From NCBI RefSeq assembly GCF_006345805.1, contig NC_043018.1, positions 23,622,001-23,686,000 on the forward strand: a stretch of 64,000 nucleotides of DNA, written 5' to 3'. The DNA is from Octopus sinensis. Its lineage: Eukaryota. The notes beneath the pieces are model-generated. The model was not told the origin of the DNA. It did not search any database and was given only the letters and a program-made list of their open reading frames with translations. Below, in pieces: positions 1 through 11,984 of this stretch (positions are counted from its first letter, which is position 1; each line of letters starts with the position of its first letter). The translations under genes were made by a program, and so were the position numbers.

Positions 1-164
1 ATAAAATAAAGTAAAATATAAAAATAAAAAATAAAAGAAAAAATAAAAGAAAATAAAATTTTTTTAAGTTGAAAAATAAAAAAATAAAATAAAATAAAAT
101 AAAATAAAATAAAGAAAATATCTTATAATATAATATAATATATATATATATATATACATATATA

Positions 165-935
165 CAAGGGGGTACCCAAAAGAAACCAGAATTTTGCAGT
201 ATTATTTTAATCACTTAATTTTATGTGTTTACACTTTTATTACCTTCAAAATATTCTCCAATTGAAGCAATTCATCGGTCCAGACGCATTTCCCATTGTT
301 CAAAGCAGCACTGGACCTCTTGTCAAGCGAAGCCTTTTATCGCCTCCATTATAATTTTGTTCACCTCTTCCATATCTGCAAATTCCATCACTTTCATCAC
401 CAGTGATGACCTTTGGAAAAAGATCCAGATCAACTTCCAACTGTTCTTTCAGTTCACGATACACATTCAGTCGTGACTACTTTTGATCTTCCATGACCAA
501 CCAAGGCATAATTTTTCTGCAACTCTTTTCATACGCAATTCCTCACACAAGTTTGTCAACTGTTCGGTGATGGTCCTTCAAGATCAGTTCATGAATTTTC
601 GTGATGCTTTCATTCATTTGGAAGGTCCATGGTCGTTCTGATCGAGGATGGTCCTCAAGCGACAAGTGACCATTCCTGAACAATGGAAACCGCTCATAAA
701 TTCGTGTTTTGCTCATGGCAGCGGCCTTGTAAGCTGTTTGAAGCATGACAACTGTTTTGGCCACTGTTTTCCCCGGCAGAAGACAGAATTTCATGGGAGC
801 ATGCTGTTCCTTCATTTCAACCATCACAAAAATCGACAAACAGGGGTGGAGCACTGCAAAAAAAAAATGCACCGCATGGCAGTATGATCACACTTGACAA
901 TGCTGGTCAGCAGGCTGATGCCTGAGGATTGCATC
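165..935 (-). mobile_element. Internally deleted, degenerate mariner DNA transposon
   Basis: ORF 543-872 encodes a mariner N-terminal HTH-like region (EQHAPMKFC...MSKTRIYERF..FRNG..SLEDHPRSERP); transposase C-terminal remnant near 230-330; TA|CAAGGGGGTACCCAAA terminus at 165; other end not located. Confidence 0.8.
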
Positions 936-1074
936 AAGTGGTTTCTAGTGGTGGGAGCCTGAACTACAACAGACTTGTCCCACAGAGAATGTTTCCAGTT
1001 ACTTTTCGGTACCACCCACCCACCCACCGTACATCTTCATTATCAACATCATCATCAACAACATGAAAGTAAAT

Positions 1075-1740
1075 AAAGGTGCTCAGGTGTGGCTGTGTGG
1101 TAAGAAACTTGCTTCCCAGCTGCATGGTTCTAGGTTCAATTCCACTGTGTGTCACCTTTTGCAAGTGTCTTCTACTATAGCCTTGGGCTGACGAAAGCCT
1201 TGTGAGTGGATTTGGTAGACAGAAACTGAAAGAAACCTATTTCTTTACTACCTACAAGGAGCTACACACAGAGAGGACAAACAAAGACAAACGGATTAAG
1301 TCGATTATATCGACCCCAGAGCGTAACTGGTACTTATTTAATCAACCCCGAAAGGATGAAAGGCAAAGTCGACCTCGGCGGAATTTGAACTCAGAACGTA
1401 ACGACAGACGAAATACCGCTAAGCATTTCGCCCAGCGTGCTAACGTTTCTGCCAGCTCGCCGCCTTTTGAAAAAAACTGAAAGAAACCTGTCACAAATGT
1501 GTGTGTGTGTGTGTATTTGCCCCCACTTCACCACCACCACCACCATCGCTTGACAACTGGTGTTGGTATGTTTATGTCCCTGTAACTTAACAGTTTGGCA
1601 AGGAGACCGATAAAATAAGTAGCGGACTTAACAAAAGAAGAAAAACGTACTGGGGTCGAATCATTCTATTAAAAACTCTTCAATGCCCCAGCATGGCCAC
1701 AGTCTCATGACCGAAACAAGTAAAAGAGAAAAGATAAATC
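1075..1740 (+). mobile_element. SINE type A copy interrupted by a type B SINE (1239-1473, minus)
   Basis: 16-bp duplication aaactgaaagaaacct at 1223-1238 and 1474-1489 flanks the insert. Confidence 0.85.
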
Positions 1741-2339
1741 TGCATGTATGCATGCTTGTACGTGCACGCGGTTCGCATTCACAAACTACACGTTGACCTG
1801 AGGCTATAGTTGGAGACATCTACCCAAGGTTCCAAGCAATAGGATGAGATTTAGAATCTTAATGCTGTGCCAATGTGTGTTGAATAGGTTAACAAACCGA
1901 AATACTTGTATCACTGTCTCCATAGGTTGGACAGACCTGCAAATTTTGATGTTTAACCTTTTAGCATCCACGTTATTCCGTCAAAAGGTAATGCTTATTT
2001 ATTCGCATTATTTTCAATTAATCATGCATTATTTTGTAGCTTTGAGAGTTCGGTGTGGTAACTGTTAATTTCTAGAATGACATTGTAGGGTTGGTGTGAG
2101 GGGACAGATCTGACCAGTTTGAGCATAAAGCAGGTAGAATACTTTTTTACTCTTTTACTTGTTTCAGTCATTTGACTGTGGCCATGCTGTAGCACTGCTT
2201 TCTAGTCAAAGAAATCTTTGTAAGCCTAGTACTTATTCTATCGATCTCTTTTGCCAAACCACTAAGTTACGGGGATGTAAACACACCAACACTGGTTGTC
2301 AAGTGATGGTGGGGGAACAAACACACACACACACACACA

Positions 2340-2383
<44 letters not shown>

Positions 2384-2639
2384 ATCATCATCATCATCAT
2401 CGTTTAACGTCTGTATTCCATGCTGGCATGGCTTGGATGGTTTGACTGAAATCTGGAGAGCCAGTGGCTGCTACAGGCTCCAATCTGATCTGGCAATTTT
2501 CTACAGCTGGATGTCCTTCCTAACACCAACCACTCCGAGAGTGTAGTGGGTGCTTTTTACGTGCTACTGGTACAGGAGCCAGTCAGGGGGTACTGGCATC
2601 AGCCATGCTCAGATGGTGCTTTTTATGTGCCACCGACAT

Positions 2640-2669
<30 letters not shown>

Positions 2670-2676
<7 letters not shown>

Positions 2677-2947
2677 TAGGGCAGCAGACTCGCGGTCGTA
2701 GGATCACGGTTTCGATTCCCAGACCGGGCGTTGTGAGTGTTTATTGAGTGAAAACACCTTAAAAGCTCCACGAGGCTCCGGAAGGGGGTGGTGATCCCTG
2801 CTGTACTCTTTCACCACTCTTTCTTTCACCACTCTTTCTTCTGTTGGCCTGCTTGCTTAGCCAGCGGGGTGGCGTCATTCGAAGGCTAAAACAATGCAAA
2901 CGCATTGTGACCAGCGATGTGTAACAACATCTGATGGTCTGGTCGGT

Positions 2948-2955
<8 letters not shown>
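2670..2955 (+). mobile_element. tRNA-head SINE with type C head and a different tail
   Basis: Head matches 49775-49930 (gcagactcgcggtcgtaggatc...gatccctgctgtactctttcaccac) then diverges. Confidence 0.7.
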
Positions 2956-2981
<26 letters not shown>

Positions 2982-3639
2982 GACAGTTTCCATCTACCAA
3001 ATCCACTCAAAGCTTTGGTCAGCCTGAAGCTATAGAAGATACTTGCCCAAGTGGGACTGAAACTGGAGCCATGTGGTTGGGAAGCAAGCTTTTTACCACA
3101 TACCCATGCCTGTGCCTATGGGTGGATTAAATGCTAAAGGGTTGAGATTTGTATTAGTTAATCTACATTAAAGTAGAGTTTGGCTGTGCAGTACAATGAC
3201 TGTTTTAGAAATAAAACTCAGGGCAGCCGTGGATGGAGTGGGCAACAAGGACGAGGGATCAGAAGTGAGAGGAAGTGATGTCACTTCAAGAAACAGCAGG
3301 TTCAAAATGGCCTCCTCTTAGCTGATGTGTTGCGTGCGACAGACGTGTTTTGGGAATGCTCTTCGGAGAGTAGTTCTTTCTGGCCAGAAGTTCAGATAGA
3401 TGGCACGTGTGGGTACAACTATGAAGTTTTACTGGTCCCTGTGACCCAACACCTGGATTGACATTTGCCAATTGCATCTCAAGGTAAGGGCAACTTTTAT
3501 TTATGCTTTACAACAAGCTATTTCAGCACACTGCTTACCAGTTGTGAAGCTATACGCCTGAGTTATTTTTTTTTCTGTTTTTGGTCCTGCCTTTCTGACT
3601 GTCGACACGTGCAATGGCTACAAAAATCAGAATCTGTAG

Positions 3640-3950
3640 CAATGTATTGAGACCATTTTGCTGTGGAAGGTGACGTGGTGGCCTGGACAAGCTGCAGGCT
3701 ATTGAAGATGTGACTAGCCTTATGCCAATTTACCTTGAAGGCAAGTGCACTAAATCTGTACTTAGAAATGGTTGAAGGAGATCAAAGTAGAGAAAACGGA
3801 AGAGCATCAAAAGGATGCATACACAGAAGGGGCATTTAAAGCCTACAGCAAGCTCGGAAGAGTGAGATGGACAGGTGAGTAAATGGATGAGTATGTCAGC
3901 AAGATCAGGAGTTTGGCAGGGTTAGTAGGCTTTACCAGAGCAGTGGCAGG
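3640..3950 (+). mobile_element. Degenerate Ty3/Gypsy gag fragment
   Basis: Frameshifted translation DVVAW/DKLQAIEDVTSLMPIYLEG/ALNLYLEMVEGDQ...KDAYTEGAFKAYSKLGRVRWTGE...YVSKIRSLAGLVG resembles invertebrate Gypsy gag (recalled). Confidence 0.6.
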
Positions 3951-4176
3951 TAAAAGGAACCCACTACAATCTCGGAGTGGTTGGCATTAGGAAGGGCATC
4001 CAGCTGTAGAAACCTTGCCAGATCAGATTGGATCCTGGTGCAGCCTCCTGGTTTGCCAGTCCCCAGTCAAACCGTCCGACACATGCCAGCATGGAAAGCA
4101 GTCGTTAAACGATGATGTGCCACCTGTGGGAATGAGAAGTGGAGTAGAACTGATGAATAAAATCTAGGGACATTAC

Positions 4177-4270
4177 TTGTTACGGTTGGTGAAGACTCTT
4201 CTTCTGCAGGTTCTTCTGCAATTCCATTAAAGATGCAATGGCTCTTTAGTTCATAATCAAGTTTTTCTTC
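4177..4270 (-). CDS. SPAG17: Candidate further SPAG17 exon (phase 0 entry)
   Basis: Strong acceptor ttacatttttctgctttag|GAA; only the phase-0 frame is open (EEKLDYELKSHCIFNGIAEEPAEEESSPTVT); donor ACAA|gtaatg, or ACC|gtaaca at 4184; no conserved motif recognised. Confidence 0.55.
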
Positions 4271-4599
4271 CTAAAGCAGAAAAATGTAACAGGAATGTTC
4301 ACAGTGATGTTTTATGTGTCAAAGTGAGTAACTACAACAATTTTATATTATGTTAGGTAAAACTAATAATAAAGGCATCAAATTTTGTCACAAGGGCAGC
4401 AATTTTGGGGTAGGGAATGAGTTGGTTACATTGATGCCAGTGTTTCACTGGTATTTAATTTATCGGCCCCGAAAGGGTGAAAGGCAAAGTCGACCTTGGC
4501 AGAATTTGCACTCAGAATGTAGTGATGGGCAAAATACTGCTAAGTGTTTTGTTCAGCATGCTAACAACTTTGCCGCCTTGCTACTACTAATAATAATAT

Positions 4600-5080
4600 T
4601 AATATCCTATGGGATTTTATGATTCAGTACAACCATGAGATAGAGAATAGTAAACCAGATATAGTGTTAATTGAGAAGGAAAGCAAACGATGCTGGATCA
4701 TAGATATAGCATGCCCAGCAGACAACAAGGTATGCAATAAGGAAGAAAGAAAAGTCAATAGATATGACAGGTTAGCTTGGGAGGTTAAGCAGTTGTGGTC
4801 GAGGATAAAGGTGGTATTAGTACCGATAATTGTTGGAGCCCTTGGAGCAGTACATCTTGAGATGTACATGGAACAAATAGGGGCTGCAATATAAGCAGTT
4901 GTGGTCGCTGAAAAAGGTGGTATTAGTACCAATAATTATTGGAGCCCTTGGAACAGAACATCTTGAGATGTACATGGAACAAATAGGGGCTGCAATAAGG
5001 GTGGAGCACTTGCAGAAAACAGCACAGAAAACAGATGGTGCTCGGAAAATAAGGATTGTTATCATAATTCACTGGAAGTG
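4600..5080 (+). mobile_element. R4/Dong-type non-LTR retrotransposon 3' fragment (restriction-like endonuclease) with internal ~106-bp tandem duplication
   Basis: KPDIVLIEKESKRCWIIDIACPAD...KE.RK...Y..L..E...LW...VVLVPIIVGALG; duplicated block 4786-4891 / 4892-4997. Confidence 0.8.
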
Positions 5081-5244
5081 AACAGCTGCCACAAGGCCAG
5101 GTGGTAATATCAGGGCCCCCAGTTGATTGTTACTTTATTTTATTGACCCTGAAAAGATGAGAGACAAAAAAAAGTCAACTTCAATGGAATTCAGAATGTT
5201 ATGAGCTGGAAGAAATTCCACTAAGGGAAGGAGGTGAGATAGTC

Positions 5245-5635
5245 GGACGGAAGCACTCCGTTAGTTACGACGACGAGGGTTCCGGTTGATCCGAATCAAC
5301 GGAACAGCCTGCTCGTGAAATTAACGTGTAAGTGACTGCGCACTCCACAGACACGTGTACCCTTAACGTAGTTCTCGGGGATATTCAGCGTGACACAGAG
5401 AGTGACAAGGCCAGCCCTTTGAAATACAGGTACAACAGAAACAGGAAGTAAGAGTGAGAGAATGTTGTGGTGAAAGAGTACAGCAGGGATCACCACCATC
5501 CCATGCCGGAGGCTCGTGGAGCTTTAAGTGTTTTCGCTCAATAAACTCTCACAACGCCCGGTCTGGGAATCAAAACCGCGATCCTACGAACGCGAGTCCG
5601 CTGCCCTAACCACTGGGCCATTGCGCCTCCACAGG
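5245..5635 (-). mobile_element. tRNA-derived SINE type C, full length (other copies 18958-19330 minus, 49775-50160 plus)
   Basis: A box TGGCCCAGTGG and B box GGTTTCGATTCCC in head; three near-identical ~380-bp copies in window. Confidence 0.85.
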
Positions 5636-6569
5636 TGAGATAGTAGCGCATTATTGTCAACAGCTCTCTGAACTTCCTGCCCATTCCCTCCATTAAGAAA
5701 AGGGTAAGAGCATGATGTGCCAAAGAATTGAATGTATTCGATCATAGGCTTGTTAAAGCAGGGTTGATTTGGGGCTAAACAACATTTGAGGGTTGAAAAC
5801 TCTACAAAATATGTAATTGGTAAGAAGGGTGATACAAAGAAGACAAAAGCTGATGTGAGGAATCCACAGTGTAATGAGCAAAACTGCAATGGCTTAAAAT
5901 AGTGTTCTTACTGAAACAAGGAGACTAAGGTTGATTGTAAAGAATAACCAACAACAGCCAAAACATTGGTTGCTAAGCCTTGCACTGTGTGTGTGACCCC
6001 TGTCAGCTCCTTTAAAGTACTGGATTTTCTGACATCCGTGTCAGATTTTTCAGACCAAAATTGGATCTTGTTAAATTCCTTCCAACCACTTGAAGTATTT
6101 CAAACTTTCATCAAATTGTTTTTCAAATTTTCTGCATTGTGTAGTTTTGTATGCCAATGATGAAAGCCACATTCATTTTGTTGTTTTTTTCTAGAAATTA
6201 CTAACTAAAAACTTACAAGCATTTAAAGATATGTTATTTTATAATGGAAAATTGAAATACTTCAAGTGACAAGAAGAGATTTAACAAGACCCCCCAAAAA
6301 ATTTACAGCCAAAAATATAGGTTAGTTCACTCATACACCAAGACGACTTTGGAGGACCAAAAATTCCATGAGAAATGCAACAGGATTTAGAAAAGATTGT
6401 GACAATGTTTGAATGTTTACACTACATGTTTATGCTATACATGACACTAGCTTGAACATGAGAAAATACCAAGAGGTAATATCTATGCCCAATTAAAATA
6501 TGGATGTTCTCTCAGAATAAACTGTAATGTGGTAGATATCATAAAAAGGTAAAGGTTACCTTCTGGAGT

Positions 6570-7150
6570 CATGGCAGTGGAGTTGGGAATGGCAATGGAG
6601 GTGGGAGTGGCGATGGAGGTGGGAGTGGCGATGGAGGTGGGAGTGGCAATGGAGGTGGGAGTGGCGATGGAGGTGGGAGTGGCGATGGAGGTGGGAGTGG
6701 TGATGGAGGTGGGAGTGGTGATGGAGGTGGGAGTGGTGATGGAGGTGGGAGTGGTGATGGAGGTGGGAATGGCAATGGAGGTGGGAATGGCAATGGAGGT
6801 AGGAATGGCAATGGAGGTAGGAATGGCAATGGAGGTGGGAGTGGTGATGGAGGTGGGAATGGCAGTGGAGGTGGGAATGGCAATGGAGGTGGGAATGGCA
6901 ATGGAGGTGGGAGTGGTGTTGGAGATGGGAGTGGCAATGGAGGTGGGAGTGGTGATGGAGGTGGGAGAGGCAATGGAGGTAGGAATGATGGTGGAGGTGG
7001 GAGTGGTGATGGAGGTGGAAGTAGTGATGTAGAAGGGAATGGCAATGGAAGAGGGAGCGGGCAATGGAAGTGGAACAGTGTTGGAGGTGAGGAGATGGAA
7101 ACAGGGTTGGGGGAGGTGTTAACAAAAAACGGGGATGGTGATGGAGGTGG
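6570..7150. repeat. 18-bp G-rich minisatellite (atggaggtgggagtggcg-like, about 26 units plus degenerate end)
   Basis: Constant 18-nt period from 6575 to about 7040; source of four overlapping low-complexity ORFs. Confidence 0.95.
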
Positions 7151-7252
7151 TGATTTTCTCAGCAATAGCTAAACCTCATCCATGCTAAAACCCACCACCC
7201 TCCTTGCCTCTGCCTTCTCCCCCAAAAATGTTAGCAAAGCCCAAGTTCTCAC

Positions 7253-7461
7253 CTCTTGGTTAGCAAGAAAAGTTTTTCCAAAAACACTTTCAAAGTAATT
7301 CGGGATAGTTTTGTTACGCAATGCCTTCCTGATGCTTTCATCATAGCAATAATTCTGGGACTTTTCCTTCTCCACTGGGGGTTCGCTGATCACTGATTCA
7401 ATCTCGACAATTGTCTGGCCCTGGTTCACCGCACTCTCGTACATCTTCTTCACATCGTTTT
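7253..7461 (-). CDS. SPAG17: SPAG17 exon (phase 1 to 0, 209 nt)
   Basis: Acceptor ttcacactccacag|AA, donor GAG|gtgaga; ENDVKKMYESAV...SIRKALRNKTIPNYFESVFGKTFLANQE (R.ALR...IP.YFES..GK.FL motif, recalled). Confidence 0.88.
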
Positions 7462-9204
7462 CTGTGGAGTGTGAAGGTAGGCATGGAAGATAGAAAAGAA
7501 GCAGGAAGTGAAAGTTAATGGTTGGACCTCATCTCATCTAGGTTGTCCCATAGGATGCCCCTAATGGTGAGATGATGTTGGCAATAAAGGGGAATGGCTC
7601 AAGATGAGAAAGAGAGAGAGACTGATAAATAGATACATGCACAAACCTAGTTTATGTACACACACATAGACATATATACAGACACATGCATTGGCACATA
7701 TACAGATACACATACGCACACACACATATATACACATATACAGACGCATGCACACTTACACATATATACACACACAAAAAACATATCCATAGACAGATAC
7801 ATACACATATACACAGACACATGCGCACTTACACATACATATATATATATATATACAGGGTGGCCCAAAAGTAAGGTTTACAGTTATCACGTAGGCACTT
7901 TAAATGTCTTTTAAAACATTTTATTACATTTAAATTTCCGTTTTACAAACTGAAAAGGGGGCTTGACAAAATTAAACTAAATTAGCACAGAATAATGGGT
8001 TCGTATTTTTTCATAATTAAGATCTAAACTGTTAATATATGAATGTGAAAGAGAAAGTAGAATAACTGTAAAGCTATTTTTGGGCCACCCTGTATACATA
8101 CACACATCTATACACAGACATATGCATACACATATACCCAGATATATACCCATACACATGCACGCTTTCTCTCCCTCTCTCTCTCTCTGACACACACACA
8201 AGGTCAAAAACAAAAACAAAGAATCAGGGCTATCCCCACAAAAAAATAAAACTGCAAAACATATCAATTCAGCATTTAATCTTCTTCAAAGAAGTCCCAT
8301 TCTGAAGTCACACAGAATACCTGCTATACCTTCAGGCCAAAGAAAGCCTAGTGAATGGATTTGGTAGATGGAAACCAAAAGAAGCCCATCATGTGTGTAT
8401 ATGTATTAGTGTTTGTCCCCTATTACTGCTTGACAACAGGTGTTGGTGTGTTTATGCCCCCATGACAGCAGTTCAGCAAAAGATACCAACAGAATAAGTA
8501 CTGGTGTTACATCATCATCATCATTTAACATCTGTTGTCCATGCTGGCATGGGTTGGATAAAATTCTTCAAGGTGGTGCCCCAGTATGGCCTCAGTCTAA
8601 TGACTGAAACAAGTAAGAAGTATTTAAGATATTTAATGTTGATACATTCCAGCAGATTCAAATGCAAGTATGCTAATAACTGTTGTGTATGTCACAGGAG
8701 AACAACTTCACCCTTTTACTAATGACAAGGTGATCATAACACATTTGGTTTATTGGCACAAGGGATTCTGGGACACTGGTATTTTCACATGTGTCTCGTC
8801 TCAACAACCACAAGTACCAAGATCTTTAAGCTTTTAGCATTTAATCTGGCCATAACCAGCCCAAATATTCTACTTGCTTTATGCTCAAACTGGACAAATA
8901 TAACCTCTCCCATCTACTACAATGTCATACTAAAAATACACAATCACATCATCAAAAATTTCAAAGCTACAAGATGATATGCGATTAATTCAAAACAATG
9001 TTATTAATAACCATTGCATTTGGCTGAATAATATGAATGCTAAAGGGTTAAGCCTAAACAAACCACTGACTTTGTTTATAATTTCAGTAAAAAAAATGTT
9101 TGCTAGTCAATGCTGATATCTACCAACTGCCAAAATATTGCTATGAGATCTGAAATGACTTGTGTATTTATTCTTAAGAACAGAACTCATAAATAAGTAC
9201 TTAC

Positions 9205-9377
9205 CATTGTTCATTATATGTTGAGAGTGCAAAGTTGATAGCTGTTGCACATAAGCTTCAATAGATTTAGCCTTGGCCTTTTCCGCTGCTCTCCTCGTGT
9301 CAAAAACTGTTAAATTCTCCAACTGGAAATGACGCTGGAATTTGTAGTAAATGTACTTGTAAAGTCCTTGGTGGACT
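9205..9377 (-). CDS. SPAG17: SPAG17 exon (phase 2 to 1, 173 nt)
   Basis: Acceptor ttctctctgtccag|A, donor AATG|gtaagt; RVHQGLYKYIYYKFQRHFQLENLTVFDTRRAAEKAKAKSIEAYVQQLSTLHSQHIMNN. Confidence 0.88.
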
Positions 9378-9499
9378 CTGGACAGAGAGAAGAATCATAC
9401 ATTTAACATGTGGCATTTAATAGTGTAACAAGTGAAGATGTAGGAGTTGTATCAATGTAGGGACATGTAGTTATGTATTCATTGTTACATATATGATCT

Positions 9500-9830
9500 A
9501 TGTGAAGGCACATGGCTTAGTGGTTGGCGCATTTGGATCAGGATAGTAATATCACGAGTTCAATTCCCAGTGGCATGTGGTATTCTTGAGCAAGACACTT
9601 TATTTCACATTGCTCCAGTCCACTCAGCTGGTAAAAATGAGCAGCACATGTATTTCAAAGGGCCAGCGTTATCACATTCTGTGTATGTCACGCTGAATAT
9701 CTCTGAGAAGTATGTTAAGGGTATGTGTGTCTGTGGAGTTCTCAGCCACTTGCATATTAATTACATGAGCAGGCCATTCCATTGATTGGATCAACTGGAA
9801 TGCTCGTTGTCAAAACCAACAAAGTGCCAG
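9500..9830 (+). mobile_element. SINE type E (tRNA head plus ttgagcaagacactttatttcac core) carrying the type C tail
   Basis: Core shared with 11740-11800, 26350-26410, 56340-56380; tail tgtatttcaaagggccagc...cgttgtcaaaacc homologous to type C. Confidence 0.7.
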
Positions 9831-10752
9831 TTTATGATCTGACAGTGTTGTGTAGTAAATGGTATGAGATGATTACAATGTTACAATGCTGTAATTATGG
9901 CTGGATAAGGTAAGAAATGAAGAACCACGGCAGAAAGGTGGGTGGCAGGTGCCAGTGGAAGAACAGGTCATGAAGCACAAATAGGGGAAAGGATAGGCTG
10001 CTCCTTAAGGAAACTAACATTCTGCATTGCACATCATGCCTTGATACATCAGGAACTCACAAGGGAGATGGAAGAGTGAACACCTTAAAAACTGCCAGAG
10101 ATTGGATACTGAAGTAAAAGCAAAGACTGCCTTCGATCATGAATGACCATGGGATTGCACCTAGAAAGTTCCCATCCTAGGTACAAGCTAAAGAGCGCAA
10201 TCTACCCATACAAAAATCTATTTAATCTATAGATGGGTTCCTGAAAGGTACAGCCATTCTAAATCAGAACGGACCTGGGAGTATGGTAATTAAACAGTGA
10301 CTCCATCAGAAGCCTGTCATATATATATATATATGTCCTCTAAAAGGATCCTGCTTCTCAATCGCTGTAGTATACAGAGCCACCCTTACACCATCTGATG
10401 GCATTACTAGGCACTCCACAGGTATGACAACTAATGACCTCAAGGGAAGATACTGCCAACATATGCACTCATTTAGATTCAAGAACAGAGAGAACTCTAC
10501 TTCTGTCTTGTTTCTTTGGAGACTAGTGGACTCTTGTCGATAGAGTGCCACCATTTTCACCCAGTGTCTCCAACAGCCAGCTTTGCCTCTGCGAAAAACT
10601 GCATATCCTCTAACAACCCACAGTATCCATCAACAAGAAATACAATCTTATAGCTGTCATTAGAGGTATGCCCTTCTGGCAAATTTCAAGCCTCTGACTG
10701 CTGACAACCCAGATATACCAACTTAGTACCAGCTGCTACTGTGCACCACCTG

Positions 10753-10815
10753 CACCAAGGTCACCATCACCAAGGTCACCATCACCAAGGTCACCATCAC
10801 CAAGGTCACCATCAC
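10753..10815. repeat. 15-bp tandem repeat (caccaaggtcaccat) x4
   Basis: Four exact units read directly. Confidence 0.95.
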
Positions 10816-11984
10816 CAATCAACCACATGAGCAGGATAGTCAATTACCAATTCTTGTTATGTGCACGTATACTCATGCATGCACATGTGCACACAAGTAC
10901 ACATGTGCATGCACACACTAATATGCATGTGTACATGCATGCTTATATATACATATGAACATATAAATGAATACGTATGAGTGTGTGTGTGTACATCTGT
11001 ATGCATGTGTGTAAATGCATGTATGTGTGCATGTGCACACACACATTCATTTATGTGTGTGTGTCTGGGTATGTGCATGCACACCCATATATAGATGCAC
11101 ATGTTCGCATCAATAGACATGCACACAAAACCATATGAGCATGTGCACACACCCACATATACAACTATACACTTGCACATACCACCACTTCTTACTTCCT
11201 CTCCAACAACCCGACCAATTTCCTGTCTGCCACGTGATCGATTTCCTGTCCACCACGTAGTCAATTTTCAGGTCCCAAGCAGTAGCTTACAACAAACTGT
11301 CGTCGCTGATATACCGATATACCAACATCAAACCATGACACCGCATGACTTTCCTCAACCAATCGCAGCCCACCTTACATTAATAACAATCAACTTCTTT
11401 CATTCAAATTCAAAATGGTTGATGACTAGCATCACACTTGAAACTCTGAGTACCAACGAATTTGAATCAAACTGTTTTGATCCATACATGTAATTCCCAA
11501 TGAATTTGTTGAGTGCCCTTCTTTTGTTTGTTCACTCACTCATATATATATATATATATATATAAAATGGTAAAAACTCCCTTCAGTCATGAATGACCAT
11601 GGGATAGCACCTAGAAAGTTCCCCTCCAAAAGTTGCCCAAACATACCAGCCTCTCCTCTCCATACCATGCTGTTGTCCAAGGGAAAGGCAATGGCTGATA
11701 CAGCTTGGCATCAGTGACATTGCAACTCATTTCTACAGCTGAGTGGACTGGTGCAATGTGAAATAAAGTGTCTTGCTCAAGAACACAACACACAGCCCAG
11801 TTCACAAATCAAATTCACAATCTCATAAATGTAATCCTAATGCCCTGACTAGTGTGCCGTGCCAATACTGAGGCAGAGCTGAAAAAAGCAGGAATCAAAC
11901 TGGAAAGACACAGAAGAAAGACCACCTCAGCATTGAAAACAGTGAAGAAATATCATTAATGGTTTATGCTCCATAGGGAATCAT

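Noticed and set aside
6571-7032. Plus-strand (MEVGVA)n ORF and minus-strand (TSIAIP)n and His-rich ORFs
   Set aside because: By-products of the 18-bp repeat; the TSI frame has an upstream TAA and no AG acceptor.
7560-7915. C/V/Y- and H/T/Y-rich ORFs here and at 10857-11264, 35935-36780, 54260-54680
   Set aside because: Degenerate (CA)/(TA)/(CATA) microsatellites.
10306-10750. Coding-looking stretch on the minus strand
   Set aside because: Interrupted by stops, no recognisable family, not needed for the SPAG17 phase chain.
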